From a virus, in the IMG/VR virus record IMGVR_UViG_3300035703_000045, positions 29,045 through 93,044 of that record: a stretch of DNA of 64,000 bases. One strand, given 5' to 3'. Both the position numbers and the translations under genes were made by a program. Positions within the stretch are counted from its first letter, which is position 1; every line of letters begins with the position of its first letter. Below are positions 8,444-17,031 of the stretch, piece after piece. The notes beneath the pieces were generated by a model, which saw nothing but the letters and a program-made list of their open reading frames with translations, made no database searches and was not told the origin of the DNA.

Positions 8444-8446
8444 GTT
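8423..8446. repeat. 24-bp direct repeat, copy 1 (tgagtcttgacctttagccatgtt), covering a gene start
   Basis: Identical to 9093-9116; actttacga also shared at the same offset (8400-8408 and 9070-9078). Confidence 0.9.
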
Positions 8447-8673
8447 CAGTCTCGCAGTGTGGGTCCGGGTTGACGCAAGTAACCTTGGTTGCCCTTCATA
8501 GATTGGTCAGTAATACCCTTTTCCCACTTTTGGCTGGTGCTCATACCACCCTGATCTGACATAGACCATTCAAGATCACGGGGAGATTTAACTTGAAATG
8601 GGTTGCTGGAAGATTGGGTCAACTCTTGGGGCTGTAGGGGTTGAGCAAACTGTGGTCCACTGGGGGAGGGCAT
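8446..8673 (-). CDS. Small Gln/Pro/Ser-rich hypothetical protein
   Basis: 75 aa ORF tiled between neighbours. Confidence 0.6.
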   Translation of the reverse strand: MPSPSGPQFAQPLQPQELTQSSSNPFQVKSPRDLEWSMSDQGGMSTSQKWEKGITDQSMKGNQGYLRQPGPTLRD

Positions 8674-8678
8674 GGTTA

Positions 8679-9113
8679 TCAGTCATCCAGTTGTGAGTTA
8701 TGGGGACGAAGAGTCCAATGCATTGATTGACCGGAATCTGCACGAATACCGTTTGGAGCCATCCTGCCCTCGGCTACCCACTTTGCACCTGCACTTGGGT
8801 TGTTAGGGTTCGTGCCAAAGAATTTGTTGAAATGGTGGGCTGACCCAGAGTCCATATAGGGGTGTTTGAAAGGAATGGAATGACTATCGGTGGCTCCTCC
8901 ACCAGTGGATTCAGCCGTAAAATGGATGTTTCCGTCACCTTTAGCACCTGTGAACCCAGCAATACTTCCGCTGAACTTAGCGGTGCTATGACCGGTTACC
9001 CATTGCTTGGGTACTCCCATGCGTGTTGCCCACTCAGTATGCATCTTGTCCATATGCGCTTCGTGGGTTACTTTACGACTTGGGTCTAATCCTGAGTCTT
9101 GACCTTTAGCCAT
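8679..9113 (-). CDS. Protein with MAKGQDS-x3-PSRKV N-terminal motif
   Basis: N-terminus MAKGQDSGLDPSRKV; AGGA RBS. Confidence 0.7.
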   Translation of the reverse strand: MAKGQDSGLDPSRKVTHEAHMDKMHTEWATRMGVPKQWVTGHSTAKFSGSIAGFTGAKGDGNIHFTAESTGGGATDSHSIPFKHPYMDSGSAHHFNKFFGTNPNNPSAGAKWVAEGRMAPNGIRADSGQSMHWTLRPHNSQLDD

Positions 9114-9116
9114 GTT
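9093..9116. repeat. 24-bp direct repeat, copy 2
   Basis: Identical to 8423-8446, 670 bp away. Confidence 0.9.
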
Positions 9117-9146
9117 ACTTTCCTACTTTCGTAATTAAAATCTTAA

Positions 9147-9521
9147 TCAATCAGCGAAATGATTTCCCAAGAGAGATTTTCCAAGGCTGTTTAATTGAGG
9201 TTTTCCACTCGGTGCTTTTGCTGGTTTTGAAATACTATTTAGTTTCTTACCAGCATCTTCGTGGGCTTGAGAACGCTCACCAAAGGGACTAGCGAAAGAT
9301 GATACGTCTGTTCCAGAGATACCAGTCCACATATTCCGTTGCCCTGCCATATCCGCACGAATTGCACCAAGGTTCTTTCGTACCTGACGACCAGTCAAGT
9401 TGTAAGCGTTCTTACCGTGCAACATTTCAGCGGCTGTTGGTGTTTTAGAATCGCCACCGTGAGGGGAATCTCCACGCTTTCCGTAAGAACTGGATGAGGG
9501 TTTACGCTTAAATAGAGCCAT
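9147..9521 (-). CDS. Basic low-complexity hypothetical protein
   Basis: Start reassigned to MALFKRK (GAGGA RBS). Confidence 0.6.
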   Translation of the reverse strand: MALFKRKPSSSSYGKRGDSPHGGDSKTPTAAEMLHGKNAYNLTGRQVRKNLGAIRADMAGQRNMWTGISGTDVSSFASPFGERSQAHEDAGKKLNSISKPAKAPSGKPQLNSLGKSLLGNHFAD

Positions 9522-9522
9522 G

Positions 9523-9687
9523 TCATTTTCCTCGCTTTTTAATGGAAGAGTTCGCAATACGGACAGCCTTTGCATCGTCCCCTGTAGATTGTAGCACTTT
9601 ATTGGCTACCTTTGCCCATTGCTTTTTCTCAGCAGGTGTATCGGCTTTTTTAGTCTTTTTACTGGCATCTTTAGGTTTCCAAGGCAT
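9523..9687 (-). CDS. Small basic ChaB-like protein, 54 aa (MPWKPKDASKKTKKADTPAEKKQWAKVAN...), not in ORF track
   Basis: Read manually; GGAG RBS; MPW...QWAKVAN..L...GDDAKAVRIAN pattern. Confidence 0.6.
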   Translation of the reverse strand: MPWKPKDASKKTKKADTPAEKKQWAKVANKVLQSTGDDAKAVRIANSSIKKRGK

Positions 9688-9689
9688 AT

Positions 9690-10190
9690 TTATCTCCACG
9701 GTGGTGTTAGTGATTTCAGCATTGACCTACGCTGTAAATCAATCACTTCTTGGTCAGGGCGGGACAGCCCACGGGGGATACCTCGTGGTCCAACCTTTCC
9801 GTCATTTGTCAAACGTACTGGTTCAGCACCAACGGGGGCATACTTCTTTCCCTTGGACTCCATTTGGAGACCGGTATATAGGTTGAATTCAGCAGGCCAG
9901 ATGTAATCGCCAGCGTTGATTCTCTCACCCTTGTGAACACCTCTTGAGTAAGAACGTGTGTTCGTACGCATGACTGCTTTAGTCAACTTGTCATCACGGC
10001 GGTTGCTGGACATTGTGCCCAGATACCCATCGGGGTATTGAACGTCAGGGGAGGCTCCCCAAGAGGCTAGTTGAGCATCCTTGGCTGTGCGGAATACCGG
10101 ACTGGGTCCGATGGCTGGCTGTGTTTCGGGGGTATACGGATCATAACCACCGCTCCAGTTATTGAAGGTCTGCTGGTTACCACTAGCCAC
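9690..10190 (-). CDS. Hypothetical phage protein
   Basis: Long ORF with QYPDGYLGT...RRDDKL...YSRGVHKGERI segments. Confidence 0.7.
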   Translation of the reverse strand: MASGNQQTFNNWSGGYDPYTPETQPAIGPSPVFRTAKDAQLASWGASPDVQYPDGYLGTMSSNRRDDKLTKAVMRTNTRSYSRGVHKGERINAGDYIWPAEFNLYTGLQMESKGKKYAPVGAEPVRLTNDGKVGPRGIPRGLSRPDQEVIDLQRRSMLKSLTPPWR

Positions 10191-10344
10191 GACCGTCACC
10201 TGTGCCCATACCAGTCAGAGTAGTACCTGCTCTACCGCCTCCATATGCTGATATGGGGCGTGGCGATACCTGCTTCTTACCTTTAACTTTATCCGACTTG
10301 ACAGTCTTGTCAAGTTTCTTAGTAGATTTCTTTTTTGAAGCCAT
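10183..10344 (-). CDS. Small Lys/Gly-rich protein, 53 aa (MASKKKSTKK...), not in ORF track
   Basis: Read manually; overlaps both neighbours. Confidence 0.5.
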   Translation of the reverse strand: MASKKKSTKKLDKTVKSDKVKGKKQVSPRPISAYGGGRAGTTLTGMGTGDGRG

Positions 10345-10483
10345 GCTTTTGATGCTTACCTTTACGGATGTCTTTGACTTCCTTAATTATCTCTTTTTCA
10401 AGTAGATCGTCGTATTCATCATCAAAGTCATCCCCGTATTGGTTAGCCATTTTACGGAGATCTTCTTTTTTAAGGTTTCTCAT
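10319..10483 (-). CDS. Small charged protein, 54 aa (MRNLKKEDLRKMANQYGDDFDDEY...), not in ORF track
   Basis: Read manually; ATGA overlap with upstream stop. Confidence 0.5.
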   Translation of the reverse strand: MRNLKKEDLRKMANQYGDDFDDEYDDLLEKEIIKEVKDIRKGKHQKHGFKKEIY

Positions 10484-11772
10484 AGTTCAACGATTGGGTA
10501 TCCTGCCATTGGGGTTTTGTCCAAGATCCGGTCATGGGTCTCAAGCGGATTATTGATGTTGCGTGAGATGATGACGTTACGTCGTTGGTGGTCTTCTAAC
10601 GGAGAAATGCGACCGTCTGGCAATTGGACTCCCAGACGTTGTCCAACATCTAGACGTGTGTTTATAGAAGGGGTTAGTCTGTAGCGATTTAGTCGCTTCT
10701 CGTTGTATTTGTCAAGTTCTTCTTGTTCTGCTTTTCGTGCCGCTAGACGTGCAAGGTTGGCTTGCTTTTCTTCTGGTGTGTCTTCTTTCATCACGGGTGG
10801 TGCTTCCTCTACTCTAGGTGGTGTATCAAAGTATGGCATAGGTGCCTTACTAACTTTAGGTGCTGGCTTTGGAGCAAGTTCTCTCTCTAATTGCAATCTT
10901 ATTGCTTCTTTGTAGGATTCGGGTGTATGTATTGAAGGATCATACACGATACCCGGTACATGTTTGACATCAACAGACTTCGGAGTTTTTGGAGTACTTT
11001 GAACCGTACGTTCGGCACTTCGTTTTTCAAATTCCTTTTCTGCTTTAACTGTTTTTTCGCTAGGCGGGATTGCTTCTCCAGCCGACCGAGCCGCACGTTC
11101 TCTATCCATAGTAGGGGTGACATTAAGGGACTCGTTATCAATTGTAGGTCGTGTCTTTTTGTTTTTGAGGCGGTCAGCCAAGGAATCACTAACCAAGGAA
11201 TCAGTAATAGAAGTCATAGGGGTACGCCCATGAACCATCATTTTACTCATTAGATCATGGAGAGTACTGGCTTCGTCAAAGAGACGGGCTTCTTCACCAG
11301 TAAATATGCGTTGACCCTCTGCTGAACGATCAGCCTCTTGTGCAAGAAAACGTGTTGCCTCGTTGGTAGTCTTTCCTTCTGATGTTATCCGCATGGTTTG
11401 CCCAACAGGAAATCCGAAATACTGAGAAGTATTACGAATGTGTTTAAGGGCATCTCCAACAGTTCTAAATCCTGTTAAACCAAACTCTGCTAAAGCATCA
11501 GCGACATGTGGTTGTATAGGTGTTGTGCTGGTTGTGGGATGAATAGTTGTCATGTCTCCCATTGCCCACCGCTGGGATAATGTTGGTGCAGGATCGGGAA
11601 GTTTGATACTGGCACCAATGTCTCCGGCGAGGTTTGTGAAGGCTTTAGTTTGATTTCCAAGAAGGACATTTCTTGCCTTCTCTTGCTTCCAGTTGTGCTG
11701 TTCGTCAGGGTGCCACGAATCAAACCCTTCAGGGAACGGTTCTCCGTAGGCTGATATTGGATCAATAGACAT
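10480..11772 (-). CDS. Hypothetical protein, 430 aa
   Basis: Long ORF with extended -10 TGGTATCAT upstream. Confidence 0.7.
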   Translation of the reverse strand: MSIDPISAYGEPFPEGFDSWHPDEQHNWKQEKARNVLLGNQTKAFTNLAGDIGASIKLPDPAPTLSQRWAMGDMTTIHPTTSTTPIQPHVADALAEFGLTGFRTVGDALKHIRNTSQYFGFPVGQTMRITSEGKTTNEATRFLAQEADRSAEGQRIFTGEEARLFDEASTLHDLMSKMMVHGRTPMTSITDSLVSDSLADRLKNKKTRPTIDNESLNVTPTMDRERAARSAGEAIPPSEKTVKAEKEFEKRSAERTVQSTPKTPKSVDVKHVPGIVYDPSIHTPESYKEAIRLQLERELAPKPAPKVSKAPMPYFDTPPRVEEAPPVMKEDTPEEKQANLARLAARKAEQEELDKYNEKRLNRYRLTPSINTRLDVGQRLGVQLPDGRISPLEDHQRRNVIISRNINNPLETHDRILDKTPMAGYPIVEL

Positions 11773-11829
11773 ATATCAAACACTTCCCATAGTAAGCATA
11801 CGTCAATGATACCATCTACTCGTTAGTAT

Positions 11830-12111
11830 TTACCGAGGTACTGGCTTGAAGGATATGGCAGAAATGGTATCTCCATTCTCTCCTTCAATATCATCAAATC
11901 CGATTACAAAGCAAAGGTCAACACCACGGGGGGCGACGAAACCACGGGCAATAGCACAAGCCTTAACGGCTTGGTTAACGGCACTTGCTCCGATGGCTCG
12001 CATCTTTGGTGACTGACCGGCGATAACCGAACGGGCGACAATAGACCCTACTGACTGAGGGTTGCTACTTCCCGATACCTTGACGACATCGTCTACTGAA
12101 TCTTGTGACAT
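11830..12111 (-). CDS. spoVS: Stage V sporulation protein S (Alba-like nucleic-acid-binding protein)
   Basis: KVSGSSNPQSVG...RAIGASAVNQAVKACAIARGFVAPRG.DL...F.DI...ISAI matches the SpoVS consensus. Confidence 0.92.
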   Translation of the reverse strand: MSQDSVDDVVKVSGSSNPQSVGSIVARSVIAGQSPKMRAIGASAVNQAVKACAIARGFVAPRGVDLCFVIGFDDIEGENGDTISAISFKPVPR

Positions 12112-12126
12112 AGTGTACTCCATAAG

Positions 12127-12150
12127 TTAAAGGTTGTTTCCAACCCTTAA
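12127..12150 (-). other. GAAA-tetraloop hairpin directly 5' of the spoVS RBS
   Basis: Minus strand UUAAGGGUUG-GAAA-CAACCUUUAA, 10 bp with one G-U. Confidence 0.55.
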
Positions 12151-12153
12151 ATT

Positions 12154-12519
12154 TTAAGAGTACCCACCCTCAGATAACAGGGTGACAAAGTCATCTAAGC
12201 GCATAACAACGTAAGTATCACCCAATGCTTTTTCACCTTTACCAGCACGTTTAACAACTAAAGCAGGTAAAGACTTACCGAGACGGGCGGCTTGTTCAAC
12301 TGTGGCATCCAGCCACCCGCTGAGATCAAACTTTCTTTGGTTCTTGCATTGGATTGCTAGGTGGCGTTCTGCACAGAAGTTGAGAATACCGTTGATATCC
12401 CCAGTGTCACCGCTCCCCTTTAAGGTGGTTCTTGATGCCTTTACGAAACCCTTACTGTGTAAGTAGTTAACAATAAGTGTCTCAAAGGCGGTACCCTTTT
12501 GTTTTGCTCTGTTTGCCAT
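12154..12519 (-). CDS. Holliday junction resolvase (PD-(D/E)XK, Hjc-like)
   Basis: KQKGTAFE...DTGDI...AIQCKN...LSGWL. Confidence 0.8.
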   Translation of the reverse strand: MANRAKQKGTAFETLIVNYLHSKGFVKASRTTLKGSGDTGDINGILNFCAERHLAIQCKNQRKFDLSGWLDATVEQAARLGKSLPALVVKRAGKGEKALGDTYVVMRLDDFVTLLSEGGYS

Positions 12520-12520
12520 A

Positions 12521-12742
12521 TCAAACCTCTTTACTTACGATGATACTAATGCCAGTATCAGTAAGTATGGGGTGCATATTAGATGTGAATAATTCACATG
12601 AAAGGATACACTCCTGTAAGGGGGTGTCATCCCGTATACCTAATTCTTCAAGTCGGTGCAACCACAGACGAACGTCATTAACCGTCTTACCGTTTTCAAG
12701 GGAGACCCAGATACTAGCGGTGTTAAGAATTGTCATGTTCAA
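12521..12742 (-). CDS. Hypothetical protein
   Basis: ORF tiled in operon. Confidence 0.5.
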   Translation of the reverse strand: MNMTILNTASIWVSLENGKTVNDVRLWLHRLEELGIRDDTPLQECILSCELFTSNMHPILTDTGISIIVSKEV

Positions 12743-12887
12743 TAACAGCCTTTGTTAGGGAGTCTATTGACTCTTTAATACCAATAAGAACATTCTTTAT
12801 ATCACGAAGGATATCGTTCTGTGTGAAGGCGGCGTTTTGCATGGAACGCTGTCGTAGATCTTCGTTGAGTTCACGAATGCTCGTCAT
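12723..12887 (-). CDS. Small coiled-coil hypothetical protein
   Basis: AAGGA RBS before MTSIREL. Confidence 0.5.
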   Translation of the reverse strand: MTSIRELNEDLRQRSMQNAAFTQNDILRDIKNVLIGIKESIDSLTKAVIEHDNS

Positions 12888-12888
12888 G

Positions 12889-13065
12889 TTATTCCTTTGT
12901 CTGTTGCTCAAACAATGCTGAACGCAAGCGAATGCGGTCTATCAGGGTATCCACACGGTTCGGGGCTGGTGGATTCAATGCCTCCAGAATTGCTTGGCTT
13001 ACGGCGGTGTCCCATTTGTATTGAATGCTCTCAAAGACTCGCCAGTCATTTAAGTTGTTAAGCAC
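12889..13065 (-). CDS. Small hypothetical protein, 58 aa (MLNNLNDWRVFES...), not in ORF track
   Basis: Read manually; GTG start after GGAG; fills the gap exactly. Confidence 0.5.
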   Translation of the reverse strand: MLNNLNDWRVFESIQYKWDTAVSQAILEALNPPAPNRVDTLIDRIRLRSALFEQQTKE

Positions 13066-13566
13066 TTATGCTCCAAATCGTTGGGTACGTTGTTCTTTAC
13101 TATGTAGACCGATACGACGGCTGAGTTCACGAGACAGCAACTGCGAACTACGCTCGCACGATTCAAACATTGCCTCTACGAGTTTTCTATAGGCACGGGC
13201 AACTCGGTAACGCTCCTGCTGGTCAACGACCTCAGGGGTCACATCCCTCTTTGCTTTAGCGATAGTTACACGATCACCTTTGGAATCAGCACCCCATTGT
13301 TTGATTAGGGTTTGGGCTTCTGTAACACGGCACAGGTTTGATTCCCGATCCTCGTCAATCTCAGCCTTGACCAGTTGCGCTTTCATGTAGGAAACCCATG
13401 ACATGAACTGAGTGTACAAGTCCATCAAGCCACTGTCGCTAAGGTCGTCTAGATGATCAGGGATATCCGGTGGGTAGTCATCTGGGCGTACGGGAAGGGC
13501 AAACGACTTGTTAAACTTCGCAATAGCAGGATCTTCCGAACCATCTCGGGGAATGACACGACTCAT
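13066..13566 (-). CDS. Helical coiled-coil protein, possibly a UvsY-like recombination mediator
   Basis: All-helical composition; location in the recA/Cas4 operon. Function is inference. Confidence 0.45.
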   Translation of the reverse strand: MSRVIPRDGSEDPAIAKFNKSFALPVRPDDYPPDIPDHLDDLSDSGLMDLYTQFMSWVSYMKAQLVKAEIDEDRESNLCRVTEAQTLIKQWGADSKGDRVTIAKAKRDVTPEVVDQQERYRVARAYRKLVEAMFESCERSSQLLSRELSRRIGLHSKEQRTQRFGA

Positions 13567-14438
13567 GCCCAGCACACTTTCTTGTAAGGACAGTACTTAC
13601 AACCATTTGCTGTGGACGTGGTAGCCCATTGAGGGCGATCAGGAACGATATCCATATCAAGGTGCTCTATTACCGACTTGCAACCATCAAGTACCGGCTG
13701 AATCAGTTCTTGTTGAAACTCAACGGTGAACTCTTTGACCTCTTGGGTTGGCTTCCACTCATACACAAACACGATTGTGTGGATACCTGTGCACAACATG
13801 TACAAACTACCCTGACGGATGTGGGAGGCAAAGGGCTTCTTTATGTTTTTGAACAAGTCCTCAAACTTGACCTCACCTGATGTGTAGGCATTGAACAGTG
13901 TTGGATTCTCCCAACGAAGGGAACCCAAACCAACGCTCTTTATTTCAAGTAGGGCTTTTCCTTGAGCGTCTTGTATCTCCCCATCGGCGTGTCCAATGAT
14001 CCGATATTCATCGCTGTGTATAGGGACTTCACGATATACAACGTCAAGATAACCGCACCCGTGGCAACTATCAGGAGACACTGCATACCAACGATCACCG
14101 CATCCCATACATTCCCACGAACCTGCGAGGACACCGGCTTCTCGGAGCCACCCTTGCCACTTTTCGTGAATCGCATGACCCTCCTCAAAGATATTCAGGC
14201 GACCAAACGACATTGAGTCTTCAGTACCTTCGTACCCTTTTATTTTATACCAAGATGAACGTGGACACCAGTCCTTCTTAGAGATCTCCGAAGGATGAAG
14301 ATGCTTAGTGTCACGATGTGAGTTACGGTCAGCGGTCTTGTTTGCTAGAACCTGAGAAACAACAGGGAGTAGCCGACCTTTTGACTTCAAGGAGTCCTTA
14401 AAGTTCTGCTTATACCATTCTGTCGTGGGGTTACTCAT
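13563..14438 (-). CDS. Cas4-like PD-(D/E)XK exonuclease with Fe-S Cys motif
   Basis: HPSEI...WCPR, GHAIHE, GHADG, LLEIKS, C-terminal CKYCPYKKVC. Confidence 0.88.
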   Translation of the reverse strand: MSNPTTEWYKQNFKDSLKSKGRLLPVVSQVLANKTADRNSHRDTKHLHPSEISKKDWCPRSSWYKIKGYEGTEDSMSFGRLNIFEEGHAIHEKWQGWLREAGVLAGSWECMGCGDRWYAVSPDSCHGCGYLDVVYREVPIHSDEYRIIGHADGEIQDAQGKALLEIKSVGLGSLRWENPTLFNAYTSGEVKFEDLFKNIKKPFASHIRQGSLYMLCTGIHTIVFVYEWKPTQEVKEFTVEFQQELIQPVLDGCKSVIEHLDMDIVPDRPQWATTSTANGCKYCPYKKVCWA

Positions 14439-14818
14439 TCAAACTTCCATAACTGATCAGGGCAGAAATTGAGAACTGCGGAGGCAGTCAATGCGATAAG
14501 CATCTTCTGAGTGTAGTAGTCAGTTGCAGACTGGTCTAGTGCGGTGGCAACATCCCACGCCTGAGCACCGTTACGAAGTGAGTCGCACACAAGGTAGCCG
14601 GTCTCAAGGAGGTCACGGTCACTCACACCTGTGTTACCAACCTCATTCTGAATGTCGTAGAGGAACTCGTCCTCAGCAGTCCATGAGGCAATTGGTGCGT
14701 CGGTGGTCTTGACAACCTTGGTAGTTGTGTCAGGAGCCTCTGTTGCGGTGATGTACACAGTCTCGGTACCACCACACGCTGTTAACAGCAGTGCTCCAAT
14801 TAGTAGTGTCTTCTTCAT
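14435..14818 (-). CDS. Lipoprotein with DUF732-like domain
   Basis: Signal peptide with lipobox LTA-C; EDEFL...GYLVCDSLRNG...ASAVLNFCP. Confidence 0.8.
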   Translation of the reverse strand: MKKTLLIGALLLTACGGTETVYITATEAPDTTTKVVKTTDAPIASWTAEDEFLYDIQNEVGNTGVSDRDLLETGYLVCDSLRNGAQAWDVATALDQSATDYYTQKMLIALTASAVLNFCPDQLWKFE

Positions 14819-15156
14819 GGTTCCCCAATCATTAGTTGAAAGTCTTCTTCGGTTAGTACTACATAGTGATGACCTGCAAGATCAAACTGTAGTACGGGTA
14901 TCCGATCTTGAAGAATCGCACGTTCGTTCAATTCTTTTAAATCGTTGTACTTGAGCGTATAGGACTTTGTGTTGGTCGTCAACTTGTTTTCAATTAAGAA
15001 GTCATGAGACCGTACATCATTTTTACGCAACCAACCAGAACCCGATCCAGCGTTACGGCTTCCCTTGTAAATCTTTGCTGACCGTTCCTCCTGCTTTCGG
15101 GAGGCTTTCATGATTGAACGGTGCTTGTCCTTTGGGTCTTCCCGACCAAAGATCAT
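14815..15156 (-). CDS. Small PD-(D/E)XK nuclease, resolvase-like
   Basis: SRKQEER.AK...GSGSGW.RKNDV...LIENK.T. Confidence 0.7.
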   Translation of the reverse strand: MIFGREDPKDKHRSIMKASRKQEERSAKIYKGSRNAGSGSGWLRKNDVRSHDFLIENKLTTNTKSYTLKYNDLKELNERAILQDRIPVLQFDLAGHHYVVLTEEDFQLMIGEP

Positions 15157-16169
15157 AGGAAATGCTCCGTTGCCTTCTGCTTCAGTTCATTTTGAAGATC
15201 AAGGTCTTCACGAACGGCTAGGAGAAGTGCCTCTTTACCCTGCCACTTCTGACCGTTGTAGTTGTAGTACGCACCAGTTCGGTTGACAACCTCAATCGCA
15301 ATGCAGATGTTGACAATGTCCTTGATGGTATCAAACTCTCCCATATGGAAACCACCACTATCGGCAAAGTAGAAGTCCACTTGGGCGACCTGCTGGGGGC
15401 GGTAGGTCTTGTTCTTCATGGTACGAGCACGAATTGTCTGACCCACCGGCTCGTCCTTTTCCTTAATCCACTCGTCACGCTTGACTTCAACACGGGCAAA
15501 GTAGTGAAAGTTTTTAGCACGACCACCGGGTGTTGTACGGTTGTCTCCATACATCACACCGATCTTCTCACGCCATTGGTTAATGATGAGACCAGTACAT
15601 CCACGGTCGTCATCAATCATGGAACGCTTCTGTGAACTAGAAGACTTGCGGAGAAACTTACCAGTCAGACGTGCGCCAAGACCAACGGTGAACTCTTCCA
15701 TCATCTTCTCTGCCTCATCGTTAGGGACAAGGGCAGGTAGGGAGTCAATGACGATGCAGTCAACAGCACGGTTCTCAAGAGCACGGAGAATCAGGTCATA
15801 TGCCTGCTCCATGATATTGGTTTCAATAACCCATAGGCGGTCAAGGTCAACACCAATTGACTGTGCATACTCTGGAACGAACTCTTCTGCGGCGATCCAC
15901 ATGGCAGTCCAGTCAGGATCAATAGCCTGATTGGACGCAATTGTTTTGTAGGCAAGGGCGGTCTTACCTGATGACTCATCACCGATGATCTCTGACCATT
16001 GGTTCATGGGCCACCCACCACCTAGCATAAGGTCGTAAGCCAATATACCGGTGGTAATACGGGGCAGTTCTTTCTTTACAAAGGAACCTTGAACAATTGT
16101 GTTGTTCCCGTACTTCTTGTTGATAGATGCGACAATAGATTGCCACGTTTCGTGTTGATCAGTTTTCAA
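15153..16169 (-). CDS. recA: RecA/UvsX recombinase
   Basis: Walker A GDESSGKT, IVIDSLPALVP, IINQWREKIGVMYGD..TTPGG. Confidence 0.96.
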   Translation of the reverse strand: MKTDQHETWQSIVASINKKYGNNTIVQGSFVKKELPRITTGILAYDLMLGGGWPMNQWSEIIGDESSGKTALAYKTIASNQAIDPDWTAMWIAAEEFVPEYAQSIGVDLDRLWVIETNIMEQAYDLILRALENRAVDCIVIDSLPALVPNDEAEKMMEEFTVGLGARLTGKFLRKSSSSQKRSMIDDDRGCTGLIINQWREKIGVMYGDNRTTPGGRAKNFHYFARVEVKRDEWIKEKDEPVGQTIRARTMKNKTYRPQQVAQVDFYFADSGGFHMGEFDTIKDIVNICIAIEVVNRTGAYYNYNGQKWQGKEALLLAVREDLDLQNELKQKATEHFL

Positions 16170-16181
16170 TTTGGCTCCTAG

Positions 16182-16592
16182 TTATGCCCAGTTTGTTTCT
16201 ATACCTTGGTCGTATATGCCATTCCAACCGCACTCAAAGCATCGTGGGGCTGGGGCTTTTCCGTTGATGGTGGTGTTACCGCCTTTAGCGACACGGTGGA
16301 ACACATTTGAACTACCGCATTCGGGGCATCGCAGATCGCCTTGCTTACGCATAGCCTCGCCACCTTTCCACATGCGGATAGCACTGCCCATATCAATCTG
16401 GGCATCAGCAGGCTGGGACTCATCAAGGAGGCGTTGGTTACCAACAGTCTGTGAATGTTGCTGATACACAGGCTGTTGCTGTTGCGGTGGGAACCGCAAG
16501 GGAGGAGAGGTCGGGGGAATTGATGAAGGTTGTGATCTCTGTACAGGTTGGTTACCAGAGATGCGCCGTGACCACCAATCAGCGTTACTCAT
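16182..16592 (-). CDS. Zn-ribbon protein with Gln/Pro-rich N-terminus
   Basis: CPECGS...RCFECGW. Confidence 0.7.
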   Translation of the reverse strand: MSNADWWSRRISGNQPVQRSQPSSIPPTSPPLRFPPQQQQPVYQQHSQTVGNQRLLDESQPADAQIDMGSAIRMWKGGEAMRKQGDLRCPECGSSNVFHRVAKGGNTTINGKAPAPRCFECGWNGIYDQGIETNWA

Positions 16593-17031
16593 CTTCTATA
16601 TCCTCGTCATCCTCATCGTATTCGTCTGCTGGAACGATTGTTAAGAACAAACCCATGAAGTCCATGAAGTTCGTCTTTAGGTTATCAGGGTTGTGTGCCT
16701 CAGGGTTGATTAACACAATCTCACTGTCTATTAAATGAGACAGAAGACCAACACCAAATGAAACGATGATGTTGTTTATATTTTCTTTCTCTTCTGCTTC
16801 CCATTCATTGGTGTCCTCCAACATGTCTAACATCCAGTTGGAGCAGGCTTTTATGGATTCAAGGGCACCTATTCCAGAGAGGGTGATCCATCGTTGTATA
16901 ATGTCAAGTAATTCGCTCTCTTGAACCTCTGGTGAGGGTATGGAAAATCCAGCAGAGTGCGCTAACTGTTGACCTTCTAATACTGATAAGGTCAAATAGA
17001 AGTTGCGTTGCTCTACTGGGCTGTACCCCAT
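16585..17031 (-). CDS. Acidic hypothetical protein
   Basis: ORF coupled to polA stop (TAATG). Confidence 0.65.
   Translation of the reverse strand: MGYSPVEQRNFYLTLSVLEGQQLAHSAGFSIPSPEVQESELLDIIQRWITLSGIGALESIKACSNWMLDMLEDTNEWEAEEKENINNIIVSFGVGLLSHLIDSEIVLINPEAHNPDNLKTNFMDFMGLFLTIVPADEYDEDDEDIEDE

Noticed and set aside
13563-14438. Cas4 as evidence of a CRISPR-Cas system
   Set aside because: No cas1/cas2 and no repeat-spacer array; solo Cas4-like nucleases are routine in phage recombination modules.
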